A stretch of 64,000 bases of DNA from a virus. Every line of letters begins with the position of its first letter. The first letter of the stretch is position 1. Both the position numbers and the translations under genes were made by a program. Positions 9,536 through 18,458 of the stretch are shown here, piece by piece. The notes under the pieces were generated by a model. It ran no database searches and was not told the origin of the DNA. It saw only the letters and a list, made by a program, of their open reading frames with translations. Location: the IMG/VR virus record IMGVR_UViG_3300022602_000001. One strand, given 5' to 3'.

Positions 9536-10126
9536 ATGCCAATAACAAAAAATACTCCGGTGGAAAAAGTGGTGGGCGATTTTGAAAAGTCAAAGGCCCC
9601 ACAGTTCAAGGGAAAGAGCAAGGAAAAAAGAAGAGAGATGGGGATTGCTGCTGCCCTCCACAAAAAAAATCCAAAGAAGAAGCTGAGGTACGAAAACCAC
9701 GTTGGAGAGATCCACGCAGTGCTCCACCCCTGCGATAAGTGCACAGTTGCTGGAATGATAAAGGAGATCGACCCTTTAAAGGGCCTTGCTCCCCATTCAG
9801 TTGTTGCAGAGGACGTGCACAGCCTCCACCCGTCTAGGGAGTCCGCAGAGAGGGCAGCAAACAAGCTGCACGGCGAGCACCTAAAGAGGCTGGAAGAGGT
9901 GGAGGATAAGAAGGAGCAGGTGGCAAAGAAGATAACAAGCGCAATAGACGCCCTGGAGAGGAAGAGGAAGGACCACGTGGACCTTGCAAAGGAAGACCCA
10001 AAGAATGCGGGCGCCCACAAGGAGCACATAGCCAGCCTGGCCCACCAGATAGACGACCTGATGGACAAGCTGGAAAAAGTTGAGAGGTCAAAAAAGCACA
10101 AAAAAGAAAAAAACAAAAGCAAGTGA
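9536..10126 (+). CDS. Basic hypothetical protein, probable internal head protein
   Basis: ATG after A-rich leader; FEKSKAPQFKGKSKEKRREM module of T4-like virion proteins; C-terminal coiled coil. Confidence 0.6.
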   Translation: MPITKNTPVEKVVGDFEKSKAPQFKGKSKEKRREMGIAAALHKKNPKKKLRYENHVGEIHAVLHPCDKCTVAGMIKEIDPLKGLAPHSVVAEDVHSLHPSRESAERAANKLHGEHLKRLEEVEDKKEQVAKKITSAIDALERKRKDHVDLAKEDPKNAGAHKEHIASLAHQIDDLMDKLEKVERSKKHKKEKNKSK

Positions 10127-10575
10127 TAAAGCTTTTAAGATTGATAGAAGAGCAGCAGGAAAAAAATCCCTGTTGGAGAGGGTACCATCCAGACCCCAAA
10201 AAGAGGACAAAGGAGAAGAACGGCCACAGAGTTCCCAACTGCGTTCCAATAAATGAAGCAGAAGAAACGGACAGCTTTTGCCCCCAGTGCCTAAAGGAGT
10301 ACATGGAGGAAAGATCAAAGTCGCTGGAGGAGGCCGAGTACCACGGAAGAAAAGTCCAGCTGGGAAAGCCATTTCTCACTCCAGACGGTCCAAAAAAGAG
10401 AGCAGTGTACGTAAAAAATTCAAAGGGAAACGTGGTCAAGGTGAACTTTGGACAGAAGGGAGTGACAATAAAGAAGAGGTTTCCAAAGCACAGAAAGTCA
10501 TACAGGGCAAGGCACCACTGCGAGAACCCTGGGCCCAGGGACAAGGCAAACTATTGGTCGTGCAAATTTTGGTAA
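10123..10575 (+). CDS. Conserved T4-like hypothetical protein, probable internal head protein
   Basis: MIKLLRLIEE leader; CWRGY...VPNCVP module; AEYHGRKV...RARHHC...YWSCKFW module. Confidence 0.7.
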   Translation: MIKLLRLIEEQQEKNPCWRGYHPDPKKRTKEKNGHRVPNCVPINEAEETDSFCPQCLKEYMEERSKSLEEAEYHGRKVQLGKPFLTPDGPKKRAVYVKNSKGNVVKVNFGQKGVTIKKRFPKHRKSYRARHHCENPGPRDKANYWSCKFW

Positions 10576-10586
10576 ATCCTCTAAAG

Positions 10587-11090
10587 ATGATGAAACTGTC
10601 AAACATACTGAGAATTTTGTTGGAGGCCGAGGAACAGTCTTACTCTTTAGACCCTATATCGCAAAGAAGGTCCAAGGAGGAGAAGGAGAAAAGATATACG
10701 GCAATAATCCAAAAGAAGATTTCTGATTACATAAAGAATGGATCTGAGGGAGACTTGGATCTGTCAGGTGAGCCAATAACTAAGTTGCCTGAAGATTTAA
10801 AAGTAGTAAAAGGTACTTTAAACTTAACAAATACATCAATAACAAAGCTGCCCGACAATTTAAGAGTGCTAGGATTTTTGTATTTGACACATTCCAAAAT
10901 AACAAAGCTTCCAAACAATCTTAAAGTAGGGGGAAATCTTCGTTTGCCATATACACCAATAACAGAACTTCCTATTGGGCTTGAGATAGAAGGAAATCTA
11001 TATTTGTATGAAACTCCAATAGCAAAAAAATACACAAAAGAACAGATAAAACAAATGTGCCCTGGTATACAGGGAAACATTTTCATGTAA
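10587..11090 (+). CDS. LRR cassette 3 (4 repeats)
   Basis: Start MMKLSNILRILLEAEE; caps nearly identical to copy 2. Confidence 0.85.
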   Translation: MMKLSNILRILLEAEEQSYSLDPISQRRSKEEKEKRYTAIIQKKISDYIKNGSEGDLDLSGEPITKLPEDLKVVKGTLNLTNTSITKLPDNLRVLGFLYLTHSKITKLPNNLKVGGNLRLPYTPITELPIGLEIEGNLYLYETPIAKKYTKEQIKQMCPGIQGNIFM

Positions 11091-11104
11091 AAAATAAAAA
11101 AACC

Positions 11105-11854
11105 ATGAACGAAAAACCAACCAACCAAAGATCAAAGTATCTCATTCTTATAAAAGAGAACATAAAGCAGGCAAAGGGGTACCTGGAGCAGGGAAAAATA
11201 TCAAAGGAGGACCTGGAAAAGCTCATCCAGGCGGACCCAACCAAGCAAAAGAAGTACGTCGGTTGGATGGCAAAGTCGTACATAAATAATCACACGGACT
11301 TAGACGACTTGAGAAATACCGTAGAGGAGTACAACAACTTTTTGAACAGGGGAAAGGCAAAGACAAAGGACGTAAACCAGTTCAAGTCCTTCAAGGACAT
11401 GAAGGACGAGGTGGAGGAGCTGAACAACTCTGGAGAGGCCTACTCCTCAAAGGAGCTGGAGAACGACTACGACACTTTCTACGACGACAACAACCTTCTG
11501 GTCTGCAGCCCTCACACCCACGAGGCATCAAGGAAGCTGGGACTGTCGAAGTTTGCCTTCAGGGACTGCCCCGAGGGAAAGGACTCGGCGTGGTGCACTA
11601 CATACAAGTCGCCCGACCACTTCAACGACTACTACTACAACAATGACGTACACTTCTACTACATAAGGGTGAGGTCAAAAAAGCTCATCGAAAAACTGCA
11701 GAGCGAGTTCCCTTCCAGGTACAAGGAGCTTGAGGTCGTTGCGCTGGCAGTTCTTCCAAACGGAACCATCGACGCTTACGACGGGCTGGACAAGCAGATC
11801 AGCAGCGGAGACCAAAAAAAGTACCTAAATGCAATAAACCTGTCCGTGAAATGA
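11105..11854 (+). CDS. Hypothetical protein with WCT motif (possibly PcfJ-like)
   Basis: ADPT..KYVGWM, KDVNQFKS, AWCTT...FNDYY; LIKE near N-terminus. Confidence 0.6.
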   Translation: MNEKPTNQRSKYLILIKENIKQAKGYLEQGKISKEDLEKLIQADPTKQKKYVGWMAKSYINNHTDLDDLRNTVEEYNNFLNRGKAKTKDVNQFKSFKDMKDEVEELNNSGEAYSSKELENDYDTFYDDNNLLVCSPHTHEASRKLGLSKFAFRDCPEGKDSAWCTTYKSPDHFNDYYYNNDVHFYYIRVRSKKLIEKLQSEFPSRYKELEVVALAVLPNGTIDAYDGLDKQISSGDQKKYLNAINLSVK

Positions 11855-12663
11855 AAAGAGGAGCACTGAGCTTGCTGAGGGTCCTGCTAGAGGCAGAGGA
11901 ACCGATCTATTCTCTTGATCCCGCCTCTCACAGGAGGACCAAAGAAGAGAAGGACAAGAACTACAAGATAGTAACCCAAAAGACGATAGCCAAATATATA
12001 AAGAATGGCTCTAAGGGAGACTTGAATCTTTCATCGATGACAGTAGTAACTAAGCTTCCAAACAATTTAAAATTTGTTGGAGGAAATCTTAATTTAAGTG
12101 GAACATCAATAACTGAATTGCCTGATGGACTTGAGGTAGAAGGAATCTTAAACTTGCTCAGGACTAAAATAACAAAACTGCCTGAAAATTTATCGGTAAA
12201 AGGAAGTTTACTTTTAGACGAAACACGAATAACCAAACTTCCTAAAAATCTAACAGTTGGAGGAAGTCTTTGGTTGAGAGACACACCATTAACCGAGCTT
12301 CCTAATGGACTTACTGTAAAAACAAATTTGTTTTTAAACTACTCCAAAATAACCAAGCTTCCCAATGATCTAAAAGTGGGAGGAGGTATTTTTTTAGGAA
12401 ATACTCCAATAACAGAACTTCCCAAAGGACTTGAAGTAAATGGAGATTTAGAATTGAATTTTTGCAATAAAATAAATAAACTTCCTGATAATTTAAGTGT
12501 CAAAGGAAGTCTTAAATTGAATGATACATCAATACGTGAGCTTCCAAAAGATTTAAAAGTAGAAAGAGGTGTTTATTTATTTTTTACTTTAATCTCAATA
12601 CGTTACACAAAAGAACAGATAAAACAAATGTGTCCTGGCATACAGGGAAGCATTTACATGTAA
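11851..12663 (+). CDS. LRR cassette 4 (9 repeats)
   Basis: Shared caps and nine 20-22 aa repeats. Confidence 0.85.
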   Translation: MKRGALSLLRVLLEAEEPIYSLDPASHRRTKEEKDKNYKIVTQKTIAKYIKNGSKGDLNLSSMTVVTKLPNNLKFVGGNLNLSGTSITELPDGLEVEGILNLLRTKITKLPENLSVKGSLLLDETRITKLPKNLTVGGSLWLRDTPLTELPNGLTVKTNLFLNYSKITKLPNDLKVGGGIFLGNTPITELPKGLEVNGDLELNFCNKINKLPDNLSVKGSLKLNDTSIRELPKDLKVERGVYLFFTLISIRYTKEQIKQMCPGIQGSIYM

Positions 12664-12679
12664 AAAACAGTACTGACGA

Positions 12680-13372
12680 GTGAAAAATGAACTTTCAAAC
12701 ATACTTAAAGCACTTATAGAGGCAGAGGAGCCTTCCTACTCCATCGACCCTGGATCCCAAAGAAGGTCAAAGGAAGAGAAGGACAAGAGACGTAGAGCAA
12801 TAATCCAAAAGAAGATTGCCGACTACATAAAGAATGGCTCTGAGGGAGACTTGGATCTGTCAGGAACACAAATAACTAAGTTGCCTGAAGGACTTACAGT
12901 AGTTGGAGGTGATTTAAACTTAAGAAGCTCTAAAATAATAAAACTTCCTAATAATTTAAAATTTGTGGGAGGAAATCTTATTTTATTTTTTACATCAATA
13001 ACCGAGCTACCTGACAATTTAAAAGTGGGAGGGACTCTTTTGTTAAATAATAGAACGCCAATAACTGAACTGCCTGATGGACTTGAAGTGGGAAGAGATC
13101 TCGACTTGTGGAGATCTGAAATAACTAAACTACCTGACAATTTAAAAGTGGGTATAGATTTAATTTTATCAAATACACCAATAAAAAATTTACCTTCTGG
13201 TTTATCAGTGGGAGGAGTCCTGTATTTAGAAGAAACTTCAGTTTTTGAAATTCCAAAAGACATTAAAGTGCGTGGAGCCGTGAGATTATTTAATACACCA
13301 ATAGCAAAAAAATACACGGAAGAACAAATAAAACAAATGTGTCCTGGAATACAGGGGAGCATATACATGTAA
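12680..13372 (+). CDS. LRR cassette 5 (7 repeats)
   Basis: Shared caps and seven repeats; GTG start. Confidence 0.85.
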   Translation: MKNELSNILKALIEAEEPSYSIDPGSQRRSKEEKDKRRRAIIQKKIADYIKNGSEGDLDLSGTQITKLPEGLTVVGGDLNLRSSKIIKLPNNLKFVGGNLILFFTSITELPDNLKVGGTLLLNNRTPITELPDGLEVGRDLDLWRSEITKLPDNLKVGIDLILSNTPIKNLPSGLSVGGVLYLEETSVFEIPKDIKVRGAVRLFNTPIAKKYTEEQIKQMCPGIQGSIYM

Positions 13373-13398
13373 AAATAAAAAACTACAAAATACAATAG

Positions 13399-14076
13399 AT
13401 GAAAAACAGCCAAAAATTAAAATTTGCCCTCCTCAGAGAGTTTGGCCAAATAGAGGACGAGGTTGGATCCCAGTTTCCAGACAGAAGGGAGAACGACGTC
13501 GACTTTGGAAACGAGCAGCACAGAGAGCGCCCACAGATGTGCCCAGAGTGCTACGTTCCTGCAATGTACGAAGGAGTCTGCGACGAGTGTGGCTATACGG
13601 AGGACTCTAGCAAGGGTGAGCTTGATGGCGAGATGCTGAAGAACAGCATACACACAATAGCAAGGATAGCTGCCCACCTGGACAGCATAGTGTCCGTGGA
13701 GGACCAGTTCCCTGAGTGGCTGATAGAGAAGATAGGCCAGGCAAAGGAGGCAGTCTCTTCTGTGATGCAGTACTTGGCAAGCGAAGAGGAGATGGAGCAG
13801 GACGGCGACTTTGAGGAGGCCGGAGACGGCCAGGAGCACAACGACGACATGGAGCTATCTTCCATAATGGAGGCAGTTAGAGCAAAAAAGAAGCCATCAA
13901 AGGGACTGACAAAAAAGCAGAAGAGCAGCGTTGAAAAGAAAATAAAAGCAGGAAAAAAAGTGGGCCACGGCGGATTCGAGAAGGTTGCAAAAAAGGCAGC
14001 GAAGGAGTACGGATCTAAGGAGTCGGGAAGAAAGGTTGCTGCCGCGGCAATGTGGAAGAACGTAAAGCGCAAGTAA
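13399..14076 (+). CDS. Probable internal head protein with acidic N-part and basic C-terminal module
   Basis: LLRE and IMEA motifs; CPEC...CDEC; AAKEYGSKESGRKVAAAAMWK tail. Confidence 0.6.
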   Translation: MKNSQKLKFALLREFGQIEDEVGSQFPDRRENDVDFGNEQHRERPQMCPECYVPAMYEGVCDECGYTEDSSKGELDGEMLKNSIHTIARIAAHLDSIVSVEDQFPEWLIEKIGQAKEAVSSVMQYLASEEEMEQDGDFEEAGDGQEHNDDMELSSIMEAVRAKKKPSKGLTKKQKSSVEKKIKAGKKVGHGGFEKVAKKAAKEYGSKESGRKVAAAAMWKNVKRK

Positions 14077-14094
14077 CAAAAAACAACAAACAGC

Positions 14095-14646
14095 ATGATG
14101 GTAGACAACAACAGACTGCTTCAAATTCTTTTGGAGGCCGACTCAAACACGGACGAGGTGATTCGTCAGCCAAAGGAGGAGCCAGCCAAGCCCAAGGGCT
14201 TTGAGGAGGACCCAATGGGCTTCATCATAAGGAAGTACGACGGACTCAGGTCCACTCTTGAGGAGCTCATGAGCAGCGACTTCAGGCAGTACCTGACTGC
14301 AATATTTGTTGTTGCTCCAAAGCCGACCACTTTCAAGGTGGTGCTTCACAATGGGCAGTTCTTCTTCGTCTCCTACATGGGAAAGGGATTCTACGAGGCC
14401 AACGTGGCCGGAAAGAGATACTACATGAACAACGTAGGAATAAAGGAGAGGGCCATGGAGGCAATTGCCAGGCTGTTGAAGTTTGGAAGTCCTCTGAAGA
14501 CAAAAGGGCCAGATGGGGCAGAGCAGGGCACACGTCCGGACGAGCAGGAGGGAGAGGAGCAAGCGCCTCAGGAGCAGGAAAATCAGCCAGGAGAGGAGCA
14601 GCTGAAGGAGTCCAGGCTGCTGAAAAATCTCATAAAATTTGGCTAA
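14095..14646 (+). CDS. Hypothetical virion-associated protein
   Basis: RLLQILLEA leader; in frame with the downstream nuclease across one TAA. Confidence 0.65.
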   Translation: MMVDNNRLLQILLEADSNTDEVIRQPKEEPAKPKGFEEDPMGFIIRKYDGLRSTLEELMSSDFRQYLTAIFVVAPKPTTFKVVLHNGQFFFVSYMGKGFYEANVAGKRYYMNNVGIKERAMEAIARLLKFGSPLKTKGPDGAEQGTRPDEQEGEEQAPQEQENQPGEEQLKESRLLKNLIKFG

Positions 14647-14709
14647 ACAAAAAAGAAGATTGGCAGTCATCTGATAAAAGAGGGTACATTTTTTCTTAAA
14701 AAAAAAGTC

Positions 14710-15807
14710 ATGCGCCCAAAAAAAAACGATCCATACGCAGGAACAGCAGAGTCAATAGGCAAGTTGGTTGACACAAGCCCCGAGCTGTTCTCGCCTCAGT
14801 CAAAAAAGGACAGGCTGGCAAACAAGAGCAAAATGAGCTCGGACGAGTTCAAGGAAGTTCTGAAGAGCACCTTCAAGCTGAAGGACAAGATACGGGTGAT
14901 TCCTCCAAAGTCGCCGGAAAACAGCAGCAGCAAATTCAGTGCATACGCCTTCGACTCTGATGAATTTGGCCCGGCAAAAATAATACTGAGCGCAGGAGAG
15001 GCAGGCAACAAGGGGAATGTCTACGAAGCGGACATGGTGGAGAGGCTGAGGATTGCAGTTGGGCCTGAGCCAAAGGAAGACCCAATAGCAGAAGAAGTGT
15101 TGAGATCCATAGGAGCAGAGGACACCAAATCCATGTCCCCAGACGACATTGAAGCGACTGGAAAGAGCGACACACGAAGGAAGCTGAGCTTTGACGGTCC
15201 GCAGTACGTGGGAGACAAAATATCAGACATGACAGTGACCTACCGCGGCCGTCCAAAGTACATATCGCTAAAAAATGTGCAGGGTCACGTAGTGTACAAT
15301 GGGGGCACTGTTCCCGGAATAGAGTACTTGGAGGAAAAAAACAAGGTGACACTGGACCAGGGACAGTATGGGTCTAGGCCTTTCACAAAGAGGGTGTTGG
15401 ACGCTCTCAACGTCGATCCAAATAGGATCGTACACGGCCTGAACAAGTACGTAACAGAGTCTGGGGAGGTGGGATCGTACGAGCCGCAGCTTGGAGTGGA
15501 CGTGGACTCAGTTCAAAAGCTATTGGGGTCTGCGGTGGGCTACGGGTACTACTACGTCAAGCAGACGAAGGAGGGAGGAGTCAGCGCGGTCGACCTAACA
15601 TCCAAGGAGTCCGTGGAGAAGTTCATCGGAAGCGTTGACGCCGTTAGCATAAAGTATCCAGACAAAAAGAGCAAGAGCACTGTTGTTAGGGTGGATCTAG
15701 TGCCTCCTTCTAAGGGGGCCCTTGCCGATTTTAAGAGTGCACTCATCGAGCTGAGAGACACCAGAGGGGGAGTTGCAAAACCAGAGATAAAAATCAAACT
15801 AATGTAG
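14710..15807 (+). CDS. Restriction-endonuclease-like PD-(D/E)xK nuclease
   Basis: GNVYE helix; KISDMTV; YISLK variant active-site motif. Confidence 0.55.
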   Translation: MRPKKNDPYAGTAESIGKLVDTSPELFSPQSKKDRLANKSKMSSDEFKEVLKSTFKLKDKIRVIPPKSPENSSSKFSAYAFDSDEFGPAKIILSAGEAGNKGNVYEADMVERLRIAVGPEPKEDPIAEEVLRSIGAEDTKSMSPDDIEATGKSDTRRKLSFDGPQYVGDKISDMTVTYRGRPKYISLKNVQGHVVYNGGTVPGIEYLEEKNKVTLDQGQYGSRPFTKRVLDALNVDPNRIVHGLNKYVTESGEVGSYEPQLGVDVDSVQKLLGSAVGYGYYYVKQTKEGGVSAVDLTSKESVEKFIGSVDAVSIKYPDKKSKSTVVRVDLVPPSKGALADFKSALIELRDTRGGVAKPEIKIKLM

Positions 15808-15872
15808 TTAGCACAAAAGATAAACTTTCAAAGTCATAATTAATTTGCTTATATTATGAATAAACAAATACA

Positions 15873-16109
15873 ATGTCAAAGACTTTGAACTACAGAACCA
15901 TAAAAACAACAACAGGAGACACAGTTCATCTGGCTGAAATTCCCGGAAGAAATCCTGTTCCCCACTCAATAAACGAGGCTGCTTGGGTTCACTCAGACGG
16001 AAAAAAAGAGTACTACATCTACGGCCTGAGGCACACAAAGGCCTCCTGGGATTCTGCAATCACCCACTACAAGAGGGCCAAAAAATCCCCCAAAAAAGAT
16101 TTTGAATAG
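15873..16109 (+). CDS. Small hypothetical protein
   Basis: 78 aa; PHSINEAA...GKKEYYIYG unit; A-rich leader. Confidence 0.65.
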   Translation: MSKTLNYRTIKTTTGDTVHLAEIPGRNPVPHSINEAAWVHSDGKKEYYIYGLRHTKASWDSAITHYKRAKKSPKKDFE

Positions 16110-16135
16110 TTGCATATTTATAATAAAGAATTTTT

Positions 16136-16825
16136 ATGAAGAATATTGCAATTGTTGCGCTGTTGGCTGCAGTCATAGTTCTGCTGTTTCGCTACACATT
16201 TTCCCATCAAAGTAGCTTCGACACAAGGCCGTACAAAAAGGCCATAGACTCGCTGCAGGTGAAAATAGACTCTGTGAGCAGAGAAAACAAAGCCCTAACC
16301 GCAAAAGGATTCCAGCTCGAGGCAGGAAACTCCCAGCTTGAGTTCAAAATACAGGGCCTCAAGGGAACCATAAAGTCTCTAAAAAGCGACAGCTCAAAAA
16401 TAAAAGTGGTGTACGCGTACAGCCCAAACCAGCTGGACAGCTTCTTTTTATCTAAGTACAAAAAATTTTACAGCGAGCCCACAAAGGACACAACCAGGCT
16501 CCCCATTCCAGTATCAAAGGCGGTGGTGGTCGACCTTGAAAACTTTGACAGAGCAACTTCAGCCCTTGCAAAGACGGACAGCCTAGTGCAGCTTCAGTCC
16601 ACTCTGATACAGGGAAAGGACAGCGTCATAATCAACCTGAAAGCAGAGCAGGACAACTGCAATTTCATAGTTGCCTCTCAATCAAAGCAGCAGCAGGACT
16701 ACAAAGTTCAAATTGATGGGCTGAACAAGGACCTAAAAAAGTACAAGAGGTCAACAAGAATCCAAAGAATAAAAACAATCCTGCTGGGAGCAGCAGTAGC
16801 TGCCCTGCTGATTGCACACAAATAG
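16136..16825 (+). CDS. Membrane-anchored coiled-coil protein (possible spanin-like lysis protein)
   Basis: Hydrophobic N- and C-termini around coiled coil; ATATTTAT upstream. Confidence 0.45.
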   Translation: MKNIAIVALLAAVIVLLFRYTFSHQSSFDTRPYKKAIDSLQVKIDSVSRENKALTAKGFQLEAGNSQLEFKIQGLKGTIKSLKSDSSKIKVVYAYSPNQLDSFFLSKYKKFYSEPTKDTTRLPIPVSKAVVVDLENFDRATSALAKTDSLVQLQSTLIQGKDSVIINLKAEQDNCNFIVASQSKQQQDYKVQIDGLNKDLKKYKRSTRIQRIKTILLGAAVAALLIAHK

Positions 16826-16826
16826 C

Positions 16827-17423
16827 ATGGCTGCAGAGGGAATAAACATACAAGAAAAGATAAAGGAGGAGTACATAAAGTGCGCCTCCGATCCAGTGTA
16901 CTTCATGAAGAAGTACTACATGATCCAGCACCCGCAGAGGGGAAGACAGCTCTTTGACCTGTACCCGTTTCAAGAAAAAGTCCTGAGGCTGTTTCAAAAG
17001 TACCCCGACTCAATAATAAACAAGTCAAGGCAGCTGGGAATTTCCACCCTGGTTTCCGCATACTCCCTTTGGATGATGATGTTCCAAAAGGACAAGAACG
17101 TCCTGGTAATAGCCACAAAGCAGGACACGGCAAAGAACATGGTTACAAAGGTGAGGTTTGCCTACGACAATCTTCCGGACTGGATGAAGAAGATAGCAAA
17201 GTCCACCTCAAACAACCAACTGAGCCTCAGGCTGAGCAATGGATCCCAGATAAAGGCAGTTTCAGCGACTGGAGATGCGGGCCGCTCCGAGGCAGTTTCA
17301 CTGCTCGTCATGGACGAATGTGTGGCTGGAGAAACTGAGGTGACAATTAAAAATAAAATCACCGGGCAGGTGGAAAATGTGACTATGAACGATTTGAAAA
17401 AGAGATTGGCAGGTGAAGCATAA
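16827..17423 (+). CDS. terL: Terminase large subunit N-fragment + 34-aa split N-intein
   Basis: LYPFQ, KSRQLGIST Walker A, LLVMDE Walker B followed directly by CVAGETEVTI... (17319-17420). Confidence 0.92.
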   Translation: MAAEGINIQEKIKEEYIKCASDPVYFMKKYYMIQHPQRGRQLFDLYPFQEKVLRLFQKYPDSIINKSRQLGISTLVSAYSLWMMMFQKDKNVLVIATKQDTAKNMVTKVRFAYDNLPDWMKKIAKSTSNNQLSLRLSNGSQIKAVSATGDAGRSEAVSLLVMDECVAGETEVTIKNKITGQVENVTMNDLKKRLAGEA

Positions 17424-17436
17424 TAATTTATAATGT

Positions 17437-18387
17437 ATGAATGAAAAATCTTTGATTGAGAATATAAAAGATAATTTATTTATTAACAATAAATTAAATA
17501 AGCATGCGTGCAAAGAGCTTTTTTATCATAAAAATGATCTTTTGTGGTTGCTAGATGATATAAAAAAGAATACACATTTTTTAGATCAGTACAATCCAAT
17601 TTTAAGAGAGAGGATATACTACATACAATCTAACATAAACAACGTACAAAAATGCAAGTACTGTGGTGATAAAACAAAATACATAAAAACTGTAGTTAGA
17701 CTATCTGCTACGTGTAATAAAAAGGACTGTTTGAAAAAACAAAAGTCTAAAAAAATGTATAAAATATGGAACAGGGAGGATCGATCACACAGAAAATCTA
17801 AAATTTACAATGGCGAGTGTTTGGGCTGCAAAAATAAATTTACAACCAAGGACAAAGACAAAAAATACTGTTCACAGTCATGTTTTACAAAACACAACAA
17901 CAAAAAACAGTCAATAGAGACAATTTTAAAAAGAGTTGAATCAAATAAAAAAACAACAGGTACAGATGAGTACAAAATAAAAAGAAAAGAGAACAAAAAA
18001 ATAATAGCAGCCAATAAAGTAATATCTGAAAAAATTAAAAAAAGGATACTGGATGGAGAATTTACACCATGTATAACAAATTCTTGGACAAAGTGGAAGT
18101 CTTTTGTTAACATAGATGACAAGGTAAAAAAATTCAGGAGCAATTGGGAAGCTGCATTTTGGTTATTAAACAACGATGTTTCTTACGAAACCGTTAGAAT
18201 ACCTTACACTATTGAGAATGAACATCATACTTATATAGTAGACTTTGAGGATAAAAAAAATAAAATAATTTATGAAATTAAACCGGCCGCATTAAAAAAT
18301 AATCATATTAATGCTATAAAAATTGAAGCTGCAATTGATTGGTGCAATAAAACTGGATATAGATTAGTAGTCGTTGACGATGAGTAG
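17437..18387 (+). CDS. Free-standing putative homing endonuclease (Zn fingers + TnsA-like PD-(D/E)xK), probably truncated by a nonsense codon
   Basis: CKYC, CLGC...YCSQSC; FRSNWE, YIVDF, YEIKP; AT-rich; lies between the terL halves; frame stays open past TAG to 18468. Confidence 0.75.
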   Translation: MNEKSLIENIKDNLFINNKLNKHACKELFYHKNDLLWLLDDIKKNTHFLDQYNPILRERIYYIQSNINNVQKCKYCGDKTKYIKTVVRLSATCNKKDCLKKQKSKKMYKIWNREDRSHRKSKIYNGECLGCKNKFTTKDKDKKYCSQSCFTKHNNKKQSIETILKRVESNKKTTGTDEYKIKRKENKKIIAANKVISEKIKKRILDGEFTPCITNSWTKWKSFVNIDDKVKKFRSNWEAAFWLLNNDVSYETVRIPYTIENEHHTYIVDFEDKKNKIIYEIKPAALKNNHINAIKIEAAIDWCNKTGYRLVVVDDE

Positions 18388-18458
18388 TTTAGAGGCAACG
18401 TAAATAAAATAGACTATGAAAAACATCCGCAATTACATAGGAGTATGAAACAATTTTT

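Noticed and set aside
10278-10586. N-terminal extension of LRR copy 3 given in the ORF track
   Set aside because: Overlaps the real 10123-10575 gene out of frame; paralogues indicate a start at 10587
7800-13372. Diversity-generating retroelement or CRISPR array as the explanation for the LRR repeats
   Set aside because: No reverse transcriptase or TR/VR pair differing only at adenines is visible in the window; the repeats are coding, degenerate and lack spacers
18385-18387. Genome-wide TAG recoding (alternative genetic code)
   Set aside because: TAG terminates many well-bounded genes (2547, 5704, 16825, 44712, 62830) and long genes are intact under code 11
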